The notes below the pieces were generated by a model. The model was not told where the DNA came from and searched no databases. It saw nothing but the letters and a program-made list of their open reading frames with translations. A DNA stretch of 64,000 bases, taken from an uncultured Holophagaceae bacterium (GTDB taxonomy: Bacteria; Acidobacteriota; Holophagae; Holophagales; Holophagaceae). Numbering within the stretch: position 1 is the stretch's first letter; every line of letters begins with the position of its first letter. A program made the position numbers and the translations under genes. Shown piece after piece: positions 18,035-27,387 of this stretch. The stretch lies in the NCBI GenBank assembly GCA_963816585.1, contig CAWFOJ010000138.1:3676-67675 (forward strand), written 5' to 3'.

Positions 18035-20593
18035 CTACACCCGTTTCGCCACTTTCCGGTACTCCGGATCCAGCTCGTGCACCAGCCGGAACTGCACCTG
18101 GGCCTCTTCGTCCCGGTTCAGGGCCTGGAGCAGGTTGCCCAGGTCATTGCGCAGGCCCACCGCATCCTCCGGCGGGAACCCGGGCGCCTCGATGCCCTTG
18201 CACAGCCACTGGACGGCGGCCTCCAGGTCGCCCCGGGTCTGTTCGCAGATGGCCAGCATGGAGCAGCACTCCAGGGTCCGCTCAGGGTCCTGCATGGCGA
18301 TCTTGAACTCCTCCATGGCCGGTTCCAGGAGCATCATCTCCTTGTAGGCGATCCCCAGGTTGTAGTGGGTGTCGAAATCGTCGCCCTTGACCTGCTGCTC
18401 CACGCCGGCCCGGAAAGCATTGAACAATTCATCAACACTCTGGATCTTCTCCACCAGGTGGGTGGCGTCGTGCATCTCCTCCCCTTCCCCGGTTTCCAGC
18501 AGGGCGTCCCCCAGCACGTCGGTGAGGTCGAAGAAGGTGGGTGCGGTCGCGGGGGCTTCCGCCCGCGCCCCGCGGCCCATGCGGCGCAGGGCTTCCTCCG
18601 CCAGGGCCCGGCGCTTGAGCAGTTCCGGATGGCCAGGGAACTGGTTGGAAGCGTTCCCGATCTCGATCAGGGCTTCTTCGGGGCTGCCGTAGTCCATCTG
18701 GAAGTCGATGTCCGAGAGGATGGAGGCCAGGTCTTCGCTCACCTCCGACACGGTCAGCTGGGCCGCCGGGATGGTGGGCGGCACCTCGTCCAGGGGCGGC
18801 AGGACGGCGGGCGCCTGGTCCGGAAGCAGGCCGGCCGCTCCGCCCCAGTGGAACCCGGTCAACGGCTGCAGATCCGGCAGCTCCGCCAGCTCCGGCAATT
18901 CCGCCAACGGCGCGAGGGATTCCCCGAGGGGCACGGCCGCAGGAGCCGGGATCTCCGGCCAGCCCTGGGCCTCCAGTTCCAGGGGGAGGAGCGGCAACTC
19001 CTCCAGGGGTGCGCCGGGAAGGGGCGCGGACGGCATCAGGGGCAGGGGCACCGGCGCAGCCATGAGGCCCAGGGTCCGGCGGTAGATGCGCGTGGAACCC
19101 GGGAACAAGGCTTCGGCCCGGTCCAGCATCTCCATGGCCAGGGCACGGTAGCCCATGGGGGCCAGCTTCTCGGCGGTCTTGACGTAGTGCAGCTGGACCC
19201 GGGTGAGCACGCCGCTGGCCCGGTGGATGTCGGCGATGGCGGTGATGGCCTCCAGGTTGGAGGGGTCCAGCTCCAGGATCTTGTTGTAGGTGTCCATGGC
19301 GCTGTCCATGTAGCGGTTCTGCAGGTGCTTGGCCGCGTCCCGCTGGAGCTTCTGGATCTGCATGCGCAGGACCGCCTCCTGTTCGGCCTCCATGGAGGCG
19401 ATGGGGGACGGTTCCGGCTCCTGGTACCCGGCCTCGGAGGGCGCCGCCGGGGTGAAAGGCGCACAGACCTCCTCCCTGCCCACGCCCATGCCCTCGAGCT
19501 TCTGGGCGGTGGCGTCGGCCAGGGCCTGGTCGCCGGCCGCGGCCGCTTCGGCCACCGCGTGGCGCAGGCATTCCACCTCCTCGTCGCGGCCGCCGCCCTG
19601 GTGGGCGATCTCCGCCAGCTGCAGCCAGGCCCCGGCTGGGAGGACCCCCTGGAGGGCCACGCGCAAGGCCCGGCCGGCGGCCTCGCCCAGCCCGCGCCGG
19701 GCGAATTCCCTGCCGATGGGCTTGAACAGCTCCAGGCCCTGCTCCACCTGGCCGGCCCGGGCCAGTTCCCGCAGGGCCCGCTCGCAGAGTTGCAGGGACT
19801 TCTCGGGCAGCTGGGGCACCTGGGCCAGGGCTTCCAGGGCCCGCTCCGGGCTGTGGGCCTGGAGTTCCACCTCCGCCAGGGCGTCCAGCAGCTCGGGGTT
19901 GCGCTGGTTCGCGGCCAGGCCGTCCCGCAGGTGCCTGGCGGCCCCCGCCAGGTCTTTCTGGATCACGCACAGCCGGGACGAGGTCAGGAACACCTGGGGC
20001 GTGCTGACCATGCTCCGGGCGCGTTCCAGGATCTGCCCGGCCTCGGCGTGCATCTGCTCCAGGGCCAAGGCCTCGGCCACTTCCAGGTAGATGGCGGCGG
20101 CCCGCTCCTGCATGCCTTCCTTGTTGTACAGGTCCGCGAGCTTCACCTTGTTCTTGAGGTTCTTGGGGTCCATCTCCACGACCTTGGCGAACTCCTCCAG
20201 GGCGCGCTTGATGAGCCCCTTGCGGGTGCAGATGTCCGCCACCTCGATGTGGACCTGGATGGCTTCCTTGACCATGTTGGTCTGGCGGTACAGTTCCGCC
20301 AGGCGCACGGCCACTTCCATGTCCTCCGGGGCGACCCGGTGAGCCTTCTTCAGCACGGCGGTGGCCTTGGCGTTGAACCCGCCGCGCTCGAACCCGGCCC
20401 CGGCCTTCCTGAACATATCCACGGCCTCGGACACCTTGCCGCCCTGGAGGTAGGCGTCGCCCACCCGGTTCAGCAGGTTGTCGTCCGGACGGTCTTCCAG
20501 CAGCTTGAGGAATTCCTCGATGGCCCGGTCCACCCGGCCGGAGGCCATGTGGGTTTCAGCCGATTTGGAGATCTTGTTGCGGTCAATGGCCAT
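18035..20593 (-). CDS. Large cytoplasmic TPR protein (SgmX/FimV-C-like C-terminus)
   Basis: N-terminal TPR array, Pro/Glu-rich linker, C-terminal DFDTHYNLGIAYKEMMLL..AMEEF repeats; no signal peptide. Confidence 0.85.
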   Translation of the reverse strand: MAIDRNKISKSAETHMASGRVDRAIEEFLKLLEDRPDDNLLNRVGDAYLQGGKVSEAVDMFRKAGAGFERGGFNAKATAVLKKAHRVAPEDMEVAVRLAELYRQTNMVKEAIQVHIEVADICTRKGLIKRALEEFAKVVEMDPKNLKNKVKLADLYNKEGMQERAAAIYLEVAEALALEQMHAEAGQILERARSMVSTPQVFLTSSRLCVIQKDLAGAARHLRDGLAANQRNPELLDALAEVELQAHSPERALEALAQVPQLPEKSLQLCERALRELARAGQVEQGLELFKPIGREFARRGLGEAAGRALRVALQGVLPAGAWLQLAEIAHQGGGRDEEVECLRHAVAEAAAAGDQALADATAQKLEGMGVGREEVCAPFTPAAPSEAGYQEPEPSPIASMEAEQEAVLRMQIQKLQRDAAKHLQNRYMDSAMDTYNKILELDPSNLEAITAIADIHRASGVLTRVQLHYVKTAEKLAPMGYRALAMEMLDRAEALFPGSTRIYRRTLGLMAAPVPLPLMPSAPLPGAPLEELPLLPLELEAQGWPEIPAPAAVPLGESLAPLAELPELAELPDLQPLTGFHWGGAAGLLPDQAPAVLPPLDEVPPTIPAAQLTVSEVSEDLASILSDIDFQMDYGSPEEALIEIGNASNQFPGHPELLKRRALAEEALRRMGRGARAEAPATAPTFFDLTDVLGDALLETGEGEEMHDATHLVEKIQSVDELFNAFRAGVEQQVKGDDFDTHYNLGIAYKEMMLLEPAMEEFKIAMQDPERTLECCSMLAICEQTRGDLEAAVQWLCKGIEAPGFPPEDAVGLRNDLGNLLQALNRDEEAQVQFRLVHELDPEYRKVAKRV

Positions 20594-20612
20594 CAATCGC
20601 CTCAGGTACCGT

Positions 20613-21035
20613 TCAGGGAGTCAGGTTGCGGCCGGTGAAGGCCTGGGGCAGCAGCTCCCGGAGGCCGCACAGGGACCGGTGCTGACGGTTGGCCAGCAGA
20701 ATGGGCAGATCCTCGGCGAATTCCGCCAGCACTTGCCGGCAGGCGCCGCAGGGAGGGGACAGTTCGGCCGCCTCGGTCACCACGACCAGGGCCCTCAGGT
20801 CCCCCACCCCCATCCCCCGGCTCACCGCCGCGCCGACCGCGGTGCGCTCAGCGCATTGGCACACCGGGTAGGAGGCATTCTCCACGTTGCATCCGGGCAC
20901 GATGGTGCCGTCCGCACCCGCCAGGGCGGCCCCCACCCGGAAGCCCGAATAGGGGGCGTAAGCCCGTTCCCACGCCTGCCATGCCGCCTTCAGCAGGGGC
21001 TCCCAGGCAGGGGAGTAGGGGTCGGAAAAAGACAT
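20613..21035 (-). CDS. cdd: Cytidine deaminase
   Basis: AYAPYSGFRVGAAL, GCNVENASY, CAERTA, PPCGACRQ. Confidence 0.96.
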   Translation of the reverse strand: MSFSDPYSPAWEPLLKAAWQAWERAYAPYSGFRVGAALAGADGTIVPGCNVENASYPVCQCAERTAVGAAVSRGMGVGDLRALVVVTEAAELSPPCGACRQVLAEFAEDLPILLANRQHRSLCGLRELLPQAFTGRNLTP

Positions 21036-21062
21036 GAACGCCTCAGTCAAAAGGAATTGGGT

Positions 21063-21995
21063 TCATGGTAATGCCCTTCGGGGGCCAAGGAAAGCATCCG
21101 GCTGGGCCAGGGCCAGGGCTCGCCAGCAAGGCGTGCAGCCCTGGTAGGCCCGGCCGCCGCTTCCCGCCTCCACCCACAGGGTGACCTCCCGGCGCTGCAG
21201 GCGGGCCCGCAGCACTCCCCCCGAAAGCAGTTCCAGCTCCTTTTCGAATTCGGGCCCCGGGGTCCAGGCCCGCAGGTCCAGGTGCAGGCGCATGCCCGCG
21301 GGCAGCTCGTCCTCGAACGTGCGCACCCAGGGGGCGCCTCGCTGGGCGGTGCGCTTCCAGTGCACCCGGTTCAGGGGATCCCCCTCCTTGAAGGGCCGGG
21401 TTCCGTCGGGACTGGTGTTGCCGGCCCGCAGCCGGGCCGCGGCCGCGTCCCCCGACGGCCCCGGGCGCGGCACGAAGGGGCGCGGGTGGGGCAGCACCAG
21501 CAGTTCCGTATCCAGCTGGAAACTCCACGCTTTCTCCAGGAATCCGAAGGGAAAGGCCGTGCGCAGCTCCAGCCGGCCGGCGCGGCAGCGGCCCCGGCGC
21601 CCCGGCAGCGCCTGGAGCACCAGCAGGCGGTCCTCGCCGCCGGGCCGGCCACCGGGGTAGAAGCCCGGCTCCACGCTGCCGCCGTCCAGGTCCAGGCGCA
21701 CCGCCAGGCACCGGACCCGGTAGGGCGCCCGGTCCCGCAGGCGGATCTTCACCCCGCCCTGGACCCGGGCGAACAGGTTGCCTTCCTCGACCCCCGCCAG
21801 GTCCAGGTCCCGGATGGCCCTCCGGCTGATCCAGCCGGACACCAGGAACAGCCCCAGCATCAGGGAGAAGACCAGGTACAGCAGGTTGTTGCCCGTGTTC
21901 ACCGCGAACAGGCCCATGAGCAGCATGGCCGCCAGGTACTCCAGCCCCAGCCGGGTGATGGACAGGGTGAGGTGGCGGTCCTTCCAGATCTTCAT
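21063..21995 (-). CDS. DUF58 domain membrane protein
   Basis: AVNTGNNLLYL, FPFGFL, GDPLNRVHWKRTA, VRTFE. Confidence 0.88.
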   Translation of the reverse strand: MKIWKDRHLTLSITRLGLEYLAAMLLMGLFAVNTGNNLLYLVFSLMLGLFLVSGWISRRAIRDLDLAGVEEGNLFARVQGGVKIRLRDRAPYRVRCLAVRLDLDGGSVEPGFYPGGRPGGEDRLLVLQALPGRRGRCRAGRLELRTAFPFGFLEKAWSFQLDTELLVLPHPRPFVPRPGPSGDAAAARLRAGNTSPDGTRPFKEGDPLNRVHWKRTAQRGAPWVRTFEDELPAGMRLHLDLRAWTPGPEFEKELELLSGGVLRARLQRREVTLWVEAGSGGRAYQGCTPCWRALALAQPDAFLGPRRALP

Positions 21996-22053
21996 GGGGC
22001 GTGTTCCGGGACCAACATACCGCCGACCGGGAGCTGTGGTAGTGACTTGATCC

Positions 22054-22686
22054 ATGTTCACCGGCCTGATCCGGCACCTGGGCACCCTGGAAGCCCGCCA
22101 GTCCCGCCCCTCCGGGGCCAGGCTGCGCATCGCCGCGCCGCCGGAGGTGCTGGAGCGGGCCGAGGCCGGGGCCAGCATCTGCGTGAACGGCGCCTGCCTG
22201 ACCACCGCGGCCCGGGATTCCCGCGCCTGGGAGGCGGACCTGTCCCTGGAGACCCTCGAGCGCACCACCCTGGGCCAGCTCCAGCCCGGCGCCCTGCTGC
22301 ACCTGGAGCCCAGCCTGCGGGTGGGGGATCCCCTGGACGGGCATCTGGTGGCGGGGCACGTGGACGGGGTCGGGCAGCTGCTGGAGCGCACCCGGGACGA
22401 GGGCATCTGGCGCTTCGGCATGCCCCTGGACCTGGCGCCGATGATGGCCCCCAAGGGTTCCGTGACCGTGGACGGCATCTCCCTCACGGTGGTGGAGTGC
22501 GGGCCCGACTGGTTCACGGTGGCCCTCATCCCCGAAACGGTCCGGCGCACCCGCCTGGAGGCCATGGCCTGCGGGGAGCCGGTGAACCTGGAAGGGGATC
22601 CGGTGGGCCGGTTCGTGGCCCGGGCCATGGCGCTGCGCGCCTCCGACGAGAAACTCCGCCGCTTCGCCAGGGAGGGGTGGGCCTGA
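22054..22686 (+). CDS. ribE: Riboflavin synthase (alpha chain)
   Basis: MFTGLI, SICVNGACLT, GHLVAGHVDG, KGSVTVDGISLT, VNLEGD. Confidence 0.96.
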   Translation: MFTGLIRHLGTLEARQSRPSGARLRIAAPPEVLERAEAGASICVNGACLTTAARDSRAWEADLSLETLERTTLGQLQPGALLHLEPSLRVGDPLDGHLVAGHVDGVGQLLERTRDEGIWRFGMPLDLAPMMAPKGSVTVDGISLTVVECGPDWFTVALIPETVRRTRLEAMACGEPVNLEGDPVGRFVARAMALRASDEKLRRFAREGWA

Positions 22687-22701
22687 ACCAGGCCCTGGGG
22701 C

Positions 22702-22776
22702 GTCCGTGTCCCGATGCGGCGGCAAGTCCGTCCCCCGGGTTCCGGGGCGTTCGCGCCGCCCCACCGGGACCCGGAC
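22702..22776. repeat. Internally deleted mini-copy of the ~380-bp palindromic element
   Basis: Left ~62 bp match the element's left end (CCGGGTTCCGG.GCGTTCGCGCCGCCCCACC) and are joined directly to its right end (ACCGGGACCCGG). Confidence 0.75.
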
Positions 22777-22798
22777 CTTTACTTGGTCACACTCCTAG

Positions 22799-23068
22799 GA
22801 GCCTGACCATGTATTATTCGGCCCCGCGCTGGTGGCACCGGGCCTAGCCAGACAAGGAAGGTTCCGAAGGGGGTATAGGTTATACCTCCGAGGAACCTGA
22901 CGCCGGATGGCTGGGCCCGCTGCCACCAGCCCGGAGGGTCGGCGCCCAGACCCGCGCCTCTCGTGTGCAAGTCCCTTGAAGGTAGCACCACTACCTCCTG
23001 CGGGCCTTGCGCTCGATAGGCACGGGTCTGGACGCCGACGCGGGGCCGAATAATACATGGTCAGGCTC
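22799..23068. mobile_element. MITE (270 bp) with 30-bp perfect terminal inverted repeats flanked by CTAG
   Basis: GAGCCTGACCATGTATTATTCGGCCCCGCG (22799-22828) and its exact reverse complement (23039-23068); CTAG on both sides; no transposase ORF. Confidence 0.85.
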
Positions 23069-23839
23069 CTAGTTCAGGGACCGGCACTGGTAGGCGTGGG
23101 TGTGGTAGGGGAAGGCGACGGTCTCCCGGCCCCGCAGGTCCGGATGGCCGGCGATCAGGGCGCGCAGGGCCGCCTCCACCTGGTCCTTCTGGCCGGGCGG
23201 CAGCTTGGCGATGAAGCTCACGGACAGACAGCGGTCGATGATCACCTCCTGGGGCGGCCCCGCGTGCTGGTGGGAAAAGCAGGTCTCATCCAGCGCCGTG
23301 AACCGGCTGCCGCCGAAGGGCAGGCGCCACCGGCCGGTGTGGAACCGGGGCGTGTCCCCTTCGAAGGGTTCCAGGATCCTGGTGATGGCGGCCACCCAGT
23401 CCACCGATTCGTCCCGGACGTTCCACACCAGGCCCAGACATCCTCCGGGACGCAGCACCCGGTGGATCTCCCCCAGGGCTTCGGGCCCGGCGAACCAATG
23501 GAAGGACTGGGCGCAGACGACCGCATCCTGGCTGCCGGATGCCAGGGGCATGGCCTGGGCGGTGCCGTCCAGGGCCCGCGCTCCGGGCACTGCCGCCGCC
23601 AGTTCCCGGCGCATGGCCGGGACCGGTTCCACCGCCGTCACCTGGGCCCCGGTGCGCACCAGGAGCCGCGTGAACTTGCCGGTGCCGGCGCCCAGGTCCA
23701 GGCAGGTCCGCCCTTGGCCCAGCCCCAGGTCCCCGGCGAGCCAGCCCAGCAGGGCCTCCGGATAGTCCGGACGGCCGCGGGCATAGGCGCCAGCGCCGGC
23801 GGTGAAGCCCTGGGCCGCGGAGGGATGCAGGTCGGACAT
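23069..23839 (-). CDS. Class I SAM-dependent methyltransferase
   Basis: YARGRPDYP, LDLGAGTGKFT, AQSFHWF, RVLRPGG. Confidence 0.92.
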   Translation of the reverse strand: MSDLHPSAAQGFTAGAGAYARGRPDYPEALLGWLAGDLGLGQGRTCLDLGAGTGKFTRLLVRTGAQVTAVEPVPAMRRELAAAVPGARALDGTAQAMPLASGSQDAVVCAQSFHWFAGPEALGEIHRVLRPGGCLGLVWNVRDESVDWVAAITRILEPFEGDTPRFHTGRWRLPFGGSRFTALDETCFSHQHAGPPQEVIIDRCLSVSFIAKLPPGQKDQVEAALRALIAGHPDLRGRETVAFPYHTHAYQCRSLN

Positions 23840-23882
23840 GCTCAAAGTCTATCCAGGGCGGCTGTGCCAATATACTTTTCCC

Positions 23883-24327
23883 ATGGTCAAGACCCGCACC
23901 CCGCCCCCGCTCGCCCCGGACCTGCTGGAGCGGGTGCGGGAACGCTTCCGGGCCTTCCCCTTGACTCGCGACTGGCGCCTGGGCATCGATGCCCTGGAGC
24001 CGGGCGGGGCGGTCCTGAGCTTGGTGCCCACCGCGCAGACGGTCAACGGCACCGGCGGGGATCGTCAACGGGGGGGTGCTGGCCACCTTGGCTGACATCA
24101 GCTGCGCGGTGGCCCTTTGCAGCTATTTCGACGGCCGGATGCCGTTCGCCACGTCGGACCTGCATATCCGCTATCTGGACCCCGCGGATGCCAAGGTGAC
24201 CGCCCAGGCAACGGTGCTGAGGGCCTCCCTGCGCAGCGCCATCCTGGAATGCCGCCTGACCTGTGCCGATCGGTTGGTCGGTTTATGCACTGCTCATTTT
24301 GTTATCAAAGGGAATCCAATACCTTAG
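23883..24327 (+). CDS. PaaI-family thioesterase (indel near 24060)
   Basis: Hotdog-fold motif N..GIVNGGVLATLAD split across two frames; FATSDLHIRYL. Confidence 0.8.
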
Positions 24328-24376
24328 GAGCTGTCTCCGCCGCGTCGGGAACTTCTTATAAATAGGAAGTATCCTG

Positions 24377-26380
24377 GTGGCATGGAGTCCCCACGTTCCC
24401 CGGCTCATCCTGGACCTGGCCACGGTGCTGGGGGTGGCCGCGGTCATGACCCTGGTGTTCCGCCGCCTGCACCAGCCGGCGGTGCTGGGCTACATGCTGG
24501 CGGGGATGATCGTCGGTCCCCACGTGCCCATCCCCCTGGTGGCGGACGTGGAGAACGTGCAGACCCTGGCGGAGCTGGGGGTGGTCCTGCTCATGTTCTC
24601 GGTGGGGCTCGAGTTCGACGTGCGCAAGGTGCTGGAGAAGGGACCCGCGGCCATTCTGCTGGGAGCGGTCCAGCTGGGCTGCAGCACCTGGCTCGGCTTC
24701 ATGGCCGGGCGCGCCCTGGGATGGACCTTCCTGCAATGCGCGTTCATGGGGGCGGCCCTGGCCATCTCCAGCACCATGATCATCGCCAAGCTGTTCGAGG
24801 AGCACCGGGCCCGGGGGCACCTGCGGGACCGGGTGCTTTCGGTCCTGGTGGTCCAGGACCTGTTCGCGGTCCTGCTCCTGGCCGGGCTGGTGGCCACCCC
24901 CGCCGCCGGGACGTTCGGGACCCAGGGGCTGGGCCGCACCCTGGCCCGGGTGGCCCTGCTGCTGGCCGGCCTGCTGGGGGTGGGCGGCCTGGTGGTGCCC
25001 CGCCTGCTGCGCTGGGCCGCGGACCGGGGCCGGGACGAGACTCTCCTGGTGGCGGCGGTGGGCGTCTGCTTCACCTCGGCGGTGCTGGCGGCCAAGGCCG
25101 GCTGTTCCCTGGCCCTGGGCGCCTTCCTGGCGGGGATGCTGGCCGCCGCCAGCGGGCGCGTGCCCAAGATCGAGCACCTGGTGCTGCCCCTGCGGGACAT
25201 CTTCGGAGCCATCTTCTTCGTGGCGGTGGGCATGCTCCTGGAACCCCGGTCCCTGGCCGCCCAGGCGGTGCCCATCCTGGCCTTCACCGGGGTGGTCCTG
25301 GCCGGGGACACCCTGGGCGCCGCCCTGGGCGGAGCCCTGGCGGGCCTGCCGCTGCGGGCCGGCTTCCGCACCGGGCTGGCCCTGGCCCAGCCCGGGGAAT
25401 TTTCTTTCGTGCTGGTGGGCGCCGGGGTCAGCGCCGGGTTCCTGGGCCGGGATTTCCTGGCGGTGCCGGTGGGCGTGTGCCTGGTCACCGCCCTGCTGGG
25501 CCCCACCCTGTTCCGGCGGGGGGACGCCTGGTCGGCCGCGTTGGAACGCCGCCTGCCCCAGCGCCTCAACTGGTACCTGAAGACCTACCAGTCCTGGGCC
25601 GCCAGGCTGGGCCGCTCGTCCCTGGGCCGGGGACCGGCCCCTATGCGCCGGCCCTTCCTCTACCTGGTCCTGGACGCGGCGCTCATCAACGCGGTGGTCA
25701 TCGGCGCCGGACTGCTCAAGCAGCACCAGGCCTGGTTCCGGACCCCCCGGGTGGACCTGGGGCTGGCGGTGGTCCAGGGGGGCCTGCTGGTGTTCCTGGC
25801 CTGGGCCCTGTGCGGGAGGGCCTTCCACCTGGCCGAGCGGATCCTGGCCCCTCCGGGACGAGCGGCCCCGCCCCAGGGTGGGCTCCGCCTCCTGCGGGCG
25901 GCCCTGAGCCTGACCCTGATGCTCCTGGTGGGCGCCCCGTCCCTGGCCCTGCTGCAGCCGTTCCTGCCCCAGGTGCCCATGTTCCTGGTGTTCCTGGGCG
26001 GCGCCGCCGGGTCCCTGGGCCTGCTGTGGGCCCATTCCCGGCGATTCCCGCCGGGCCGGGCGGTGGGCTCCGAATGGCTGTTGAACCGGGTCCAGGCCCC
26101 CTGGTCCCAGGCGGACCAGCCGCCGGCCTCGGTCGTTCCCGCCCAGATGGCGTCCCTGCGCCTGGGGCGGCAGTGTCCCTACCTGGGCCGCCCGCTGGGC
26201 GGGCTGGCCCTGGAACAGATCACCGGCGCCACGGTGCTGGGCCTCATGCGCCAGGGGCGCCCGGTCACCCTGACCCCGGACCTGGAGCTCCAGGCGGACG
26301 ACCTGCTGGCCCTGGGCGGCCCTCCCGCCGCCCTGGAGGCCGCCGCCCGCCTGCTCGGAGCGGAGGAGCCGTCCATTTAG
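24377..26380 (+). CDS. CPA2 cation:proton antiporter with C-terminal TrkA-C (RCK_C) domain
   Basis: LHQPAVLGYMLAG, LAELGVVLLMFSVGLEF, ISSTMII, LGAFLAG, LRDIFGAIFFVAVG, AQPGEFSF; true start may be ATG 24382 with an indel. Confidence 0.9.
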   Translation: MAWSPHVPRLILDLATVLGVAAVMTLVFRRLHQPAVLGYMLAGMIVGPHVPIPLVADVENVQTLAELGVVLLMFSVGLEFDVRKVLEKGPAAILLGAVQLGCSTWLGFMAGRALGWTFLQCAFMGAALAISSTMIIAKLFEEHRARGHLRDRVLSVLVVQDLFAVLLLAGLVATPAAGTFGTQGLGRTLARVALLLAGLLGVGGLVVPRLLRWAADRGRDETLLVAAVGVCFTSAVLAAKAGCSLALGAFLAGMLAAASGRVPKIEHLVLPLRDIFGAIFFVAVGMLLEPRSLAAQAVPILAFTGVVLAGDTLGAALGGALAGLPLRAGFRTGLALAQPGEFSFVLVGAGVSAGFLGRDFLAVPVGVCLVTALLGPTLFRRGDAWSAALERRLPQRLNWYLKTYQSWAARLGRSSLGRGPAPMRRPFLYLVLDAALINAVVIGAGLLKQHQAWFRTPRVDLGLAVVQGGLLVFLAWALCGRAFHLAERILAPPGRAAPPQGGLRLLRAALSLTLMLLVGAPSLALLQPFLPQVPMFLVFLGGAAGSLGLLWAHSRRFPPGRAVGSEWLLNRVQAPWSQADQPPASVVPAQMASLRLGRQCPYLGRPLGGLALEQITGATVLGLMRQGRPVTLTPDLELQADDLLALGGPPAALEAAARLLGAEEPSI

Positions 26381-26456
26381 AGCCTACAAGACGCTCCTGG
26401 AGTATTTCGACGTGAACCTGGAGCACTACAAGGCCGGAGGCAAGTAGCCATCCCTC

Positions 26457-27386
26457 CTAGGCGCCGCGCTCCTGGAGCATGGCCTCCATCTGGCGCAGGG
26501 CGCGCTGGGTGTTCCAGAAGCCCCACGCGGCGCCCAGGGCGCCGGTGACCATGCCCACCCCGGCCAGGGCGGCCATGTTCCTGACGGAGAAGAAGCCCAT
26601 CCGGGCCAGCTCCACCAGGAGCGGGGAAAGGTTGCCCACGCCCCGGTCCAGGGGCAGCCAGAAGGCCAGCAGCGCCAGGATGGCCAGCACGCTGGCCGCC
26701 AGGCCCAGGGCCGCCCCTTCCGCCAGCAGCGGGGTGCGGATGAAGCTCTCCGAAGCCCCCACCAGGCGCATGATGGTGATTTCCTCTTCCCGGGCCAGGA
26801 CGCTCATGCGGATGACGTTGCCGGTGGAGAACCCGGCCGCCACCATGAGCAGGGCGCCCAGGAAGGCCAGGGCCGAACGGAGCATGCGGCCCGAGCGCTG
26901 GAGCCCCTCCAGGCGTTCCTGGTCCACCACCACATCCCCCACCCCCGGGAGGGCCCTGAGGCTCTCCCCCACCTCCAGGGCCCGGTGGGCGGCCAGCAGG
27001 TCCGGGCGCAGGCTGAGCTCCAGGGTCTCGGGCAGGGGCTCCCCCAGGCTCTTGAGCACCAGGCCCGCCTCCCGGGAAGTTTCCAGGAAGCGCCGGGTGG
27101 CGTCCTCGGGGGAGATGCGCTTCACCTGGGTGAAGCGCGGATCCCGCCGCAGCCCCGCCTCGGCCTGGTCCAGGCTGGCGCCTTCCCCTGCGAACACGGT
27201 GATCTTGGCCAGGTTCTCCATGCGCGACACCCAGCGGTTCAGCCCCTGCACCAGCAGCAGCCCGCCCCCGGCCAGGAACAGCCCCAGGGCCAGGGTGAGC
27301 ACCGCCAGCAGGTGCTGGCCCCGGTTGCGCACCAGGTCCTTGGCCACGTCCCGGCACAAAAGCCCCAGGAGCCGCAGGAACACCAT
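26457..27386 (-). CDS. ftsX: Cell division permease FtsX
   Basis: Four TM segments, NVIRMSVLAREEEITIMRLVGASESFIRTPLLAEG. Confidence 0.9.
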   Translation of the reverse strand: MVFLRLLGLLCRDVAKDLVRNRGQHLLAVLTLALGLFLAGGGLLLVQGLNRWVSRMENLAKITVFAGEGASLDQAEAGLRRDPRFTQVKRISPEDATRRFLETSREAGLVLKSLGEPLPETLELSLRPDLLAAHRALEVGESLRALPGVGDVVVDQERLEGLQRSGRMLRSALAFLGALLMVAAGFSTGNVIRMSVLAREEEITIMRLVGASESFIRTPLLAEGAALGLAASVLAILALLAFWLPLDRGVGNLSPLLVELARMGFFSVRNMAALAGVGMVTGALGAAWGFWNTQRALRQMEAMLQERGA

Positions 27387-27387
27387 G

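Noticed and set aside
21996-22053. FMN riboswitch before ribE or ribBX
   Set aside because: Intergenic spaces are short and lack the RFN consensus.
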